From: Allobaculum fili
GTDB lineage: Bacteria; Bacillota_I; Bacilli_A; Erysipelotrichales; Erysipelotrichaceae
NCBI RefSeq assembly: GCF_020969955.1
Contig: NZ_JAHDSX010000001.1
Span: 30,001 to 62,000 of the forward strand
Length of the DNA stretch: 32,000 nt
Reading direction: 5' to 3'
Every line of letters starts with the position of its first letter. Within the stretch, counting starts at the first letter, position 1. Both the position numbers and the translations under genes were made by a program. Of the stretch, positions 19,664 to 27,622 are shown one piece after another. The notes beneath the pieces were generated by a model, which did not search any database, was not told the origin of the DNA, and was given only the letters and a program-made list of their open reading frames with translations.

Positions 19664-20800
19664 ATGGCAGGTGAAAAAAAGGACCTGTATGACATTCTTG
19701 AAGTTTCCCGCACCGCCACGCAGGAAGAAATCAAGAAAAGCTACCGTCGTCTAGCCAAGAAATACCATCCGGATATTTATAAAGGAGACGACGCCGAAGA
19801 ACGCTTCAAGGAAATCAACGCGGCTTATGAAGTGCTCAGCGATGAACAGAAACGAGCAGCATACGACCGCTACGGAACGACCGACGGAAATCCGTTTGAC
19901 AGCTTCAGCTCCTTTGCGGGAGCCGGCGGCGATCCGATTTCCGAAATGCTTCGTCAGATGTTCGGCGGCGGAGCCGCCTCTGGATATAGCGGCTACAGCA
20001 GCGGAAGCCGCGCAAAACCGCGCCCGCAGAAAGGCGAAGACTTCGTCCGCAACATCGACATCAGCTTCATGGACGCCATCCATGGCGCGACGATCGAAGT
20101 GCCGATTGAATACGAAGCGCCATGCGAACACTGCCATGGAACCGGTGCGGAAAACGGCAAGATGAAAACGTGCCCGGGCTGCAACGGGACAGGCCGGCGC
20201 GTGGAAGTGGTCGACACATTCTTTGGACGCATGCAGCAGGAAACCGGATGCAGCACCTGCCAGGGCACTGGACAGATTCCAGAAGAAAACTGTCATGAAT
20301 GCCACGGCAACGGCTACGAATACCGCAAGATTCGTCTGAACGTCAAGATTCCAAAAGGCATCAAGACCGGAACGCAGGTCCGCATCCCCGAAAAAGGCGG
20401 ACGCGGCTATAATGGCGGCCCCAACGGCGACCTGTATCTGAACGTCAGCGTTCTGCCTGATCCGACGTTCAAGCGCGTCGGCGATGATATTTACACCGCC
20501 ATTAAAATCGATGCACTTGACGCCATTCTCGGCTGCACCCGCAAGGTTCCGACCGTCAACGGCGAGGAAGATCTCACCATTCAGGCCGGGACGCAGCCCG
20601 ATCAGCGCTACCGCATGAAAGGCAAGGGCGTGGAAACTGACCGGCACACCGGCGACCAGCTCGTTACCGTTCAGATCGAAATCCCGCGCCGTCTCAGCGA
20701 GCACGACCGTCAGCTCTACGAGGAAATCCGCGGTTCCAAATCCGAACCGAAACCCTTTGAGAAGATCAAGGATTTCTTCAGCGGAAAGAATCAGGATTAA
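19664..20800 (+). CDS. dnaJ: Class A (type I) co-chaperone DnaJ with zinc-finger domain
   Basis: J-domain with HPD (KYHPDIY), a G/F region, and four CxxCxGxG repeats ([32 protein letters not shown]). SD agagggg lies upstream. Confidence 0.95.
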   Translation: MAGEKKDLYDILEVSRTATQEEIKKSYRRLAKKYHPDIYKGDDAEERFKEINAAYEVLSDEQKRAAYDRYGTTDGNPFDSFSSFAGAGGDPISEMLRQMFGGGAASGYSGYSSGSRAKPRPQKGEDFVRNIDISFMDAIHGATIEVPIEYEAPCEHCHGTGAENGKMKTCPGCNGTGRRVEVVDTFFGRMQQETGCSTCQGTGQIPEENCHECHGNGYEYRKIRLNVKIPKGIKTGTQVRIPEKGGRGYNGGPNGDLYLNVSVLPDPTFKRVGDDIYTAIKIDALDAILGCTRKVPTVNGEEDLTIQAGTQPDQRYRMKGKGVETDRHTGDQLVTVQIEIPRRLSEHDRQLYEEIRGSKSEPKPFEKIKDFFSGKNQD

Positions 20801-20872
20801 TTCAAAGCTCTGCACATTCGCGCAAATCGAAACGGTCGCAGACCATAATTTCCCTTTGAAAAAAGGAACGCC

Positions 20873-20920
20873 AGCCGTCCCTGCCTGCCTCGTGCCGGTG
20901 CGGACGGCTTTTGGCTTTGG
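20873..20920 (+). terminator. Candidate terminator after dnaJ
   Basis: Stem agccgtcc / ggacggct with a 21-nt loop, followed by the interrupted T-tract tttggctttgg. Confidence 0.4.
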
Positions 20921-21071
20921 CGTTTCAGGCTACAGAAAAAAAGAATCTGGCGTGCGGGGAATCATGGTCAAATGAGAGTGCCTTTTGCGCGAAATAATCA
21001 AAAATAAAAGAGGACAGAAACATCAATGCAAAGTGTCCAGAAAAGCCGATGGCTTTTGGAAAGGACGGACT

Positions 21072-22067
21072 ATGGCGGATAATAAAAGACTGTATGACAT
21101 TCTGGGTGTCTCCCCGGATGCCTCAGATAAGGAAATTAAAAAGGCCTATCGCAAACTGGCGATGAAATACCATCCGGACGTCAATAAGGATCCGGATGCC
21201 GAAGAGCGATTCAAGGAAATTAACCTGGCGCATGAGACGCTTTCCAAACCGGAACGGCGTGCGCTTTATGATAAATACGGCGAAGCGGCCCTCGATCCAA
21301 ACTTCAATGAGGACGTTTACAACGCCTACGCCGGCAACGGCTTTGGACCAGGCGGCGGAGGAGGCTTCAGTTTTGAAGATCTCTTCCGGCAGGCCGGCGG
21401 TTCTTCTTCCGGCGGATTTGGCGGCAGTCAGGGCGGCTACAGCTCCTTTGGCGGCGATTTCTCCGATCTGTTTGGCGGCGCGTTTGGCGGATTTGGCGGC
21501 GGCGGCCGGCAAAGAGAATATCCGGCAAAAGGCGAAGACCGTCATGGATCGATTACGGTCGATTTCATGGATTCGATTCGCGGTACCCCTTCAAGCATTA
21601 CGTTCAATGTGACCGAGCCGGATGTATCGGGCAATTATACGACCCATCCGATTACGCTCGATGTTAAGATTCCTGCTGGCATTCGAGACGGCCAGAAGAT
21701 TCGTATTCCGGGCAAAGGCGAACCGGGCATTTACGGCGGTGCGCCAGGCGATCTCTATCTGGAAGTCAAAGTTCGTCCGGACAAAACGTTCAGCCGGAAC
21801 GGCAACGATATCGAAGTCGAAGTGGCTGTCGATGCCATCGCGGCTGCGCTCGGTACGCAGGTCGATGTACCGACCCTTGACGGCTCGGTAACGATGAAAG
21901 TGCCTGCCGGCATTCAGTCGGGTCAGAAGCTTCGTCTGCGCGGCAAAGGCGTCAAGACAGGATCGGGTACGGGTGATGAACACGTCAAAATCAAAATCAC
22001 CGTTCCAAAAGATCTCACCGATGCCGAACGCGAACTGCTCGAAAAATTCCAGCAGCTGCGCGGCTAA
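21072..22067 (+). CDS. Class B (type II, CbpA/Sis1-like) J-domain co-chaperone without zinc finger
   Basis: J-domain [32 protein letters not shown], a long Gly/Phe-rich region, two beta-sandwich C-terminal domains, and no Cys at all. ATG at 21072 begins the canonical J-domain; the track start is 20985. Confidence 0.85.
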   Translation: MADNKRLYDILGVSPDASDKEIKKAYRKLAMKYHPDVNKDPDAEERFKEINLAHETLSKPERRALYDKYGEAALDPNFNEDVYNAYAGNGFGPGGGGGFSFEDLFRQAGGSSSGGFGGSQGGYSSFGGDFSDLFGGAFGGFGGGGRQREYPAKGEDRHGSITVDFMDSIRGTPSSITFNVTEPDVSGNYTTHPITLDVKIPAGIRDGQKIRIPGKGEPGIYGGAPGDLYLEVKVRPDKTFSRNGNDIEVEVAVDAIAAALGTQVDVPTLDGSVTMKVPAGIQSGQKLRLRGKGVKTGSGTGDEHVKIKITVPKDLTDAERELLEKFQQLRG

Positions 22068-22369
22068 ACGAAATTCGGGCTTTATCCCTTTTCGATTTCT
22101 ATTGCATTTTCCTTCATTTCTTCAGTTTTCTCTGCAAAAAAGGCGTCCAGTTCGGGCGTCTTTTTTAACAGGTCAATTCGGCATCCTCTTTCGGGGCTCT
22201 TCTGAAAACCGTTCGGGGCCTCCCGTTTTTTGCCTGTCCGAAAAAAATCCGGCACAGGGGCAAATGCAAAAGAAGCGCAGAGAAATCCAATCAGCGAAAA
22301 GAATGCAGCGGGAAAGAAGATGTCTGATATGGTGAAGATACAGCCGGCGCACAAAAGGAGAAGAAGACC

Positions 22370-22948
22370 ATGGCCAATGAAAACGAACTGATTCTTGTCG
22401 ATATTTTCGATCAGCCGATCGGAACGGGCGAAAAGGAAGCTGTCCACCAGAAAGGACTGCTGCACCGGGCCTTTTCGGTTTTCGTCTGTCATGACGGAAA
22501 AATGTTAGTGCATCGAAGAAATCCGAACAAATACCATTCCGGAGGCCTGTGGACCAACGCCTGCTGCTCCCATCCGCGTGCCGGAAAAACACTGGAACAG
22601 TCCGTGGAAGAGCGCCTTCAGGAAGAACTCGGCGTTTCCTTTCCGGTAGAAGAACTGTTTCATTTTGTGTATCGCAGCGTGTTTGAAAACGGACGGATCG
22701 AATATGAATTCGATCATGTATTTATCGCGGACTATGCCGGAGACTTCGCTCCCGATCCAGAGGAAATTGCCGAGTTGAAGTGGATCGATTTTGAAGAACT
22801 GAAAGAAGACCTGACGCACCATCCCGAACGCTATTCGGTCTGGTTTCAGATTGCGGCGCCACGGGTTCTGGAAATGCAGAAAAATCCAGAAGGAGCCAAA
22901 GAAGAAACCGGCCATCCAGGGTGCAAAAAGGAAACGGCTGAAAAATGA
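22370..22948 (+). CDS. idi: Isopentenyl-diphosphate delta-isomerase, type 1 (Nudix fold)
   Basis: GLLHRAFSVFV, GGLWTNACCSHP (catalytic Cys context), GKTLEQSVEERLQEELGV (degenerate Nudix box) and EYEFDHVF. SD aaggag lies upstream. Confidence 0.85.
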   Translation: MANENELILVDIFDQPIGTGEKEAVHQKGLLHRAFSVFVCHDGKMLVHRRNPNKYHSGGLWTNACCSHPRAGKTLEQSVEERLQEELGVSFPVEELFHFVYRSVFENGRIEYEFDHVFIADYAGDFAPDPEEIAELKWIDFEELKEDLTHHPERYSVWFQIAAPRVLEMQKNPEGAKEETGHPGCKKETAEK

Positions 22949-23014
22949 CTTTGTCGGCTAAAAAAGAAGCCAAAGAATGCAGGAACGCTATAATAACCAA
23001 AACGAGGTAAAAGA

Positions 23015-23776
23015 ATGAAAGAAAATAAGGAACCGGCACAGACACCTGTCGAAAAAGAGCCGGAAAACGAAGCAACAGAAACCGTTGAAGTTACGATTGT
23101 AGAAGACCCGCAGACCGGAACGATCGAAGGGGAAAGCGTCGATCATTCGCAGACACTGGCGGAAATCGATCAGCTCGATCAGGCGATTGCCAAGGACATG
23201 AAGCTGTATAAAGCCTCCCTCTGGGCGGTCGGCATTCTCGTCGGCCTGTATCTGCTTTGCCTGTTCGTATTCAAGACCGGCGTACTCATCGTCTGCATTC
23301 TCATGATTATCGCGGCGGTCATGAATACCCGCTATTCCCGACGCGTACAGAAAGCCGCTGCCAAACGCGCCAAACTCAAAAAGTCTCTGGAAAATCCGCA
23401 GCCTGCACAGAGCACAGCCGATGGAAACGGACTGGAAATCGGTACGGACCGCAGCGATGAAGCCATCGTGACTGATGTAAAATCGCTGAACGAACTGCCA
23501 AAGGAATACACCGTTCTCGACCACGTGAAACTCGGGGATACGGATGTGGAAAACATTGTCGTTTCGCCATATGGCATCGCCGTCGTCGGTGAAGAAAGCG
23601 TTCGCCCGCAAATTGAAGCCATTCTGGCCGAAGCCAATGCGGACAGCCCGATTTTCTTCTATTCCGCCGATCTTCCCGTAAACGATCTGGCTGGAAAGAT
23701 CCAGATGGAAAAAATCGTCGTATTAAGCGAGCAGCAGATCATGTCGGTTCTTCAGAAACTGCTTGGCCTGCGCTAG
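23015..23776 (+). CDS. Membrane protein with acidic N-terminus, two TM helices and a degenerate NERD-like C-terminal domain
   Basis: TM pair LWAVGILVGLYLLCLFVF / VLIVCILMIIAAVM. The C-terminal LPKEYTVLDHVKLGDTDVENIVVSPYGIAVVGEES resembles the NERD core. SD gaggt lies upstream. The functional assignment is weak. Confidence 0.6.
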   Translation: MKENKEPAQTPVEKEPENEATETVEVTIVEDPQTGTIEGESVDHSQTLAEIDQLDQAIAKDMKLYKASLWAVGILVGLYLLCLFVFKTGVLIVCILMIIAAVMNTRYSRRVQKAAAKRAKLKKSLENPQPAQSTADGNGLEIGTDRSDEAIVTDVKSLNELPKEYTVLDHVKLGDTDVENIVVSPYGIAVVGEESVRPQIEAILAEANADSPIFFYSADLPVNDLAGKIQMEKIVVLSEQQIMSVLQKLLGLR

Positions 23777-23816
23777 AGCGAAAAACAAAAAACTAAAAAC
23801 ACACGATAAAAACACG

Positions 23817-23876
23817 AAAGCGGCTTTGTCCAGATTCTCCCAAACCGATCAGGGGGACAGACAAAGCCGCTTTTTT
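23817..23876 (+). terminator. Terminator after NERD-like gene
   Basis: 14-bp stem aaagcggctttgtc / gacaaagccgcttt followed by a T-run to 23876. Confidence 0.75.
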
Positions 23877-23908
23877 GAATAGACGAAAAGTACGGAAAAG
23901 ACGACACG

Positions 23909-23941
23909 AAAAAAAGCCGCAGCCCCGAGCAGATGCGGCTT
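23909..23941 (-). terminator. Terminator after minus-strand membrane protein gene
   Basis: Stem aagccgca (23914-23921) / tgcggctt (23934-23941). The plus-strand A7 (23909-23915) gives the minus-strand U-tract. Confidence 0.65.
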
Positions 23942-23973
23942 GTAAATCTGGAAAACAGGAATGTTTCTGCGAT

Positions 23974-24705
23974 TCAGACGCCTGCAGCGTTTGACTTAGA
24001 ATCTGCGCTGCCGTTTTTACGGGCAGCTTTATACGCTGGATAGAGGGCACTGCCGCAAAGCAGAGCGGCGACAAGCAGAAGCAGAATACGGAACGCGTTG
24101 TCCCATCCAAAGATGGCCGACCAGCCATAGGCGAAAAACAGGAAGACGAGAACGGCGGCGCAAAGTCCGATCCACAGCATCGTCTTTTTTGCCTGAAGCT
24201 GGATGTAAAACGCCCAGGCCAGCCAGGCATACAGAACGATCATGCAGAGCGCTTCGCCAAGATGGAGCCATACAGCCGAAACGTTTACGGCATCAATGAC
24301 CGACTGGGCGCTCATCAGCGCGTTGAGCGAATCGAAGCCGCTGAAAATAGCGCCTTCCATCACGCCGTACGTCAGTCCAAACAACAGCGCGAAGCTTTGC
24401 GGTCCGCCCTTTTTCAGAAGGTGACGATCGTACAGAAGGAACACCGCGCAAAGGTAGACCGCCTGCAAAACGGTATAGAGCATGGCGACCGCAGCCGGCG
24501 ATTTCGTCAGCTCGATAAACCAGCTTTGCGAAGCGAAGAGCATCGGCATGATCAGCCGAAACAGAATCAGGTAGAGCACCTGGTATAAGGCGCCATACAC
24601 CATTGGACGCCATGCGGTTTCGTGGGTGTAGCCGTAGACGCAAAGCACGATTAACGGGATGAGCAGAAGAACCAGGCAGGAAACGAGTAAAGTGAATGCA
24701 GTCAT
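23974..24705 (-). CDS. Polytopic membrane protein, family unassigned (weak YhfC/DUF2324-like pattern)
   Basis: ~243 aa with ~7 hydrophobic spans. GLTYGVMEGAIF and GEALCMIV loosely recall YhfC motifs, but the expected His residues are not seen. ATG at 24705 (MTAFTLLV, ggggat upstream) is preferred over the track start at 24807. Confidence 0.6.
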   Translation of the reverse strand: MTAFTLLVSCLVLLLIPLIVLCVYGYTHETAWRPMVYGALYQVLYLILFRLIMPMLFASQSWFIELTKSPAAVAMLYTVLQAVYLCAVFLLYDRHLLKKGGPQSFALLFGLTYGVMEGAIFSGFDSLNALMSAQSVIDAVNVSAVWLHLGEALCMIVLYAWLAWAFYIQLQAKKTMLWIGLCAAVLVFLFFAYGWSAIFGWDNAFRILLLLVAALLCGSALYPAYKAARKNGSADSKSNAAGV

Positions 24706-24924
24706 GGAAATCCCCAATCTTCGGCCGGATCTTTCTTGTCCAGTTTTTGAAAACTGTCTCGCGGCCGCAGTATTCTGCCCGTAGTATACCTGCGGGAAAA
24801 AGCGCAAAAAGACAAAGCTGACCGAAAGAAGCGCCTCTGTCCGGCAGATCCTTTTGGAAAAATCGAAATCGGATACAATGGACAGAGCCGCTTTTTAAAC
24901 AGCCGGTCGAAAGGGGATTGTATC

Positions 24925-25857
24925 ATGAGCGAAGAGGCAAAAGGGAAAACGGAATCGAATGCGCGCGGCCGTCTGTGGGCCGGTGCGCTGCTTTGCTGCG
25001 GACTGTGGGGTCTTGCCCCGGCCCTCATTAAAATGGGCTATCAGACGCTGCATATTGAAACGACAGGAACCATCGTTCTGTTTGCGGGTGCCCGCTTTTT
25101 TCTGGCGGGGCTGCTCGTCCTCGCGTTTTATTCGATGCAAAATCGCTCCCTGCCAAAACTTCGAAAAGAAGCCCTCGGACCGATTTGTGTTCTCGCTCTG
25201 TTTCAGACGTTTGGCCAGTACTTCTTTTATTACATGGGAGCCGCTCACGCGTCCGGCATGATGGTTTCGGTTCTTTCCGGCATGAGCGCTCTGCTGGCGC
25301 TGTTGTTTTCCGCCCTCGTCTTTCGTCTGGAAAAGATGACCTGGATGAAAGCGGCGGGATGCATTGTCGGCTTTCTGGGCATTCTGCTCATGAACCTTTC
25401 ACCTTCCGGCTTTCAGTTTTCCCTGCAGGGCGAAGGCATGATTTTTCTTTCGCAGGTTTCAAGTGCCCTCTCGGCGGTCTTCATTCAAATCTTCTCCCGG
25501 AAAAATTCGCCCGTTGTGCTTTCGGGCTGTCAGTTCGTTCTGGGCGGTTCGGCTCTGATGGCACTGGGCCTTTGTCTGCCGGATCATGGCGTGAGCTGGA
25601 ATGCGCAGGGCCTGCTCATTCTTCTGATTCTGGCGCTCGTCTCCGCTGGCGCCTACAGTCTGTGGGGCGTCCTGCTCTCACGCTATCTGGTCTCTTCGGT
25701 CAGCGTATTTGGCTGCACGATCGGTCTGTTTGGCGTGCTGTTTTCGGCGCTGATTTTAAAAGAGAGTCTCAGCGCAAGGCTGATTCTGGCCGCTCTGGTC
25801 ACCAGCTTTGGCATTTACATGGTCAATGCCCGTCTGCCGCAGAAGAAGAAGCGATAA
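24925..25857 (+). CDS. EamA/DMT-family transporter (10 TM)
   Basis: Two EamA repeats with a typical hydrophobicity pattern. SD gaaagggg lies upstream. The gene ends with tandem stops TAA TAA. Confidence 0.85.
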   Translation: MSEEAKGKTESNARGRLWAGALLCCGLWGLAPALIKMGYQTLHIETTGTIVLFAGARFFLAGLLVLAFYSMQNRSLPKLRKEALGPICVLALFQTFGQYFFYYMGAAHASGMMVSVLSGMSALLALLFSALVFRLEKMTWMKAAGCIVGFLGILLMNLSPSGFQFSLQGEGMIFLSQVSSALSAVFIQIFSRKNSPVVLSGCQFVLGGSALMALGLCLPDHGVSWNAQGLLILLILALVSAGAYSLWGVLLSRYLVSSVSVFGCTIGLFGVLFSALILKESLSARLILAALVTSFGIYMVNARLPQKKKR

Positions 25858-25940
25858 TAAAATCGATACGAGAAGCGACGCGAGAAGCAATACAAGAAGC
25901 AATACAGGAAGCACAACGAGAATCGAAACGTGAAGCCATG
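25845..25940. repeat. Imperfect 12-bp tandem repeat (~8 units, consensus c-r-r-gaagc-a-a-y-a) spanning the EamA stop codons
   Basis: Units are gaagaagcgata, ataaaatcgata, cgagaagcgacg, cgagaagcaata, caagaagcaata, caggaagcacaa, cgagaatcgaaa, cgtgaagccatg. Confidence 0.7.
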
Positions 25941-26233
25941 CGAAAAACTGCGTACGAAAAAGCGGCAGGTGCCTGTTTTCTGGAGAGTCTCACAAACCGA
26001 TTTTTCTGCGCCCGGCTTTTAGGAATGTTTTTGGGAATATAAGAAAAGCGCAAAGATACCATAAAGATAAAAGATACCGTAATGATATAAGAAAGACGGG
26101 ACGGGTCTCTTACGGTGTAAAAAGAGAAAAACTATATATAAAAGGATATATAAGAACTACAGATCCGTAACGAATCCAAAAGCGCAGAGCGCAGGGCTGC
26201 GAACTGCGGCTTCAGGCGGAAAGGAGAATCTTT

Positions 26234-27229
26234 ATGCATTGGAATCTTCATAAACCAGACGCAAATCCAAAAAGAAAGGCGAAAGCGGGCCAATCGAGCC
26301 GGCTTTCATTTTCGCGCTTTGTCCATCGAAGCGTTTCTCTTCTGATCTGCCTGATGCTTACGGCGACGATGACTGCCGGCTGTGCGAAAGAAAAAAAGCC
26401 GGTGCGCATCGGGATGACTGACAGCATTTCCACCCGTCTGGTCGGCTGGATGGTCGCGGCCATGGCGGAACACGAAGGCATCGAATGCATCATGGAAGAA
26501 GTGCCCGGAGGCATTTCCAACCTGCAGCCGCCATTAGAGAGCGACAAGCTGCAGATCGGCGTCGAGCTGGCGCAGTCGGCCTGGAAATCCGTGCTCAATG
26601 AGCGCGGCGTGTATACGATTCAGGATCTGAGCACGCTGGAACAGGCGTACGACAAGCGCGGTCTCGACTGGTTCGCCCTCGATCACGCCGACGATAAATA
26701 CACGATCGCCATTTCCAAATCGCTGGCTAAAGAGAAAAACATCCAGACGCTCAGCAATCTGGCCAAATACAGCGACAGCCTCGTTCTTGGCGCGCCGACG
26801 CAGTATTTCCAGGATGCCGACGGCTATCCCTGGCTGAATGCGCAGTACGGCATTTCCTTCAAGACGGCCGTCAATCTGCCGACCGATCTGACCGCGGACG
26901 CTCTGCGAAAAGGCAAAGTCGACGCGATCCCGATTCATACCCTCGACGGTCTTTTGCGCAAGGATGAACTGTACGTTCTTGAAGACGATCTCAACAGCTG
27001 CCCGCAGTCGCAGCTTGGCGTGGTCATCACACAGTCCGCGCTCGAACAGTATCCAGAGCTTTCCGAAATCTGTCAGAAGCTCAGCCGCGAGCTGACCGGC
27101 GAAAAGCTGACCTTTTACGGCCGTCTGGCGGTGTATGGTCTGGCCAGTGAAGAAGAGGCGGCGCTGCAGTTTCTGAAAGCCAGAGATCTGATCGTTGAAG
27201 ATCCCGCCGCAGTGGAAAGCGTTTCCTAA
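26234..27229 (+). CDS. OpuAC-type (glycine betaine/osmoprotectant-like) substrate-binding lipoprotein, orphan
   Basis: Lipobox LTATMTAGC. Family-like blocks are YTIAISKSLAKEKNIQTLSNLA, LGAPTQYFQDADGYPWLNAQYGISF and ALRKGKVDAIPIHTLDGLL..LEDD. SD aaaggag lies upstream. Confidence 0.75.
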   Translation: MHWNLHKPDANPKRKAKAGQSSRLSFSRFVHRSVSLLICLMLTATMTAGCAKEKKPVRIGMTDSISTRLVGWMVAAMAEHEGIECIMEEVPGGISNLQPPLESDKLQIGVELAQSAWKSVLNERGVYTIQDLSTLEQAYDKRGLDWFALDHADDKYTIAISKSLAKEKNIQTLSNLAKYSDSLVLGAPTQYFQDADGYPWLNAQYGISFKTAVNLPTDLTADALRKGKVDAIPIHTLDGLLRKDELYVLEDDLNSCPQSQLGVVITQSALEQYPELSEICQKLSRELTGEKLTFYGRLAVYGLASEEEAALQFLKARDLIVEDPAAVESVS

Positions 27230-27337
27230 TCTTCAATCCAGCCAGAGTAATTCAGAAATCCGTTTCAAAAAATTTTTTCTGACGCAAACTATTTCAGGAA
27301 AATGTCAAAAGGAACAGTAAGCATTTACGGACAAATC

Positions 27338-27363
27338 AGCAGGCGTTCGCGCCTGCTTTTTTA
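27338..27363 (+). terminator. Rho-independent terminator after orphan binding-protein gene
   Basis: Stem agcaggcg / cgcctgct with a ttcg loop, followed by tttttt. Confidence 0.8.
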
Positions 27364-27398
27364 CTGAGCCTTGGCAAGTACTAATTTTTTGTAATTGT

Positions 27399-27415
27399 GT
27401 GTAAAAACGGTACAC
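27399..27415. promoter_or_regulatory. Candidate LacI-type operator upstream of sugar ABC cluster
   Basis: GTGTAaaaacgGTACAC has palindromic arms around a central CG. The left half TGTAAA matches the half-site at 29360-29373. Confidence 0.25.
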
Positions 27416-27622
27416 TTTCCTGCGTGCAAAAATAAAAAAGGTTTGGTTCCGACACAGTGGTAACCCCTTACCCTTTTGTTCGGGCAATCGGTTGTTCGGT
27501 CATTACAGGCGAATTGAAAGATTTGCCTACCTATAATCAAAGTGTTGAACAAAGTTTGTGACGAATACGGTAAAAATATCGGATCAGGACTGTATTTGCT
27601 GCACACTTAAGGAGGACATTTC

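Noticed and set aside
22082-22492. Minus-strand 136-aa ORF in the gap before idi, containing a lipobox-like LLLCAGC and hydrophobic stretch.
   Set aside because: Its only ATG lies inside idi on the opposite strand. The part within the intergenic gap has no usable start or SD, because the region is the reverse complement of the idi SD. I recognised no family resemblance.
25185-26042. 285-aa ORF overlapping the EamA gene in another frame and reading REATREAIQEAIQEAQRE through the 12-bp repeat.
   Set aside because: Most of it is an off-frame shadow of a clear transporter gene. Only the repeat-derived tail is notable, and that is reported as a DNA-level finding instead.
27514-27537. Perfect TATAAT (27532-27537) with TTGAAA (27514-27519) as a promoter for the sugar binding-protein gene.
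   Set aside because: The spacer is only 12 nt, so the two hexamers cannot form one sigmaA promoter. TATAAT may still be a -10 with a poor -35, but I cannot support a promoter call.
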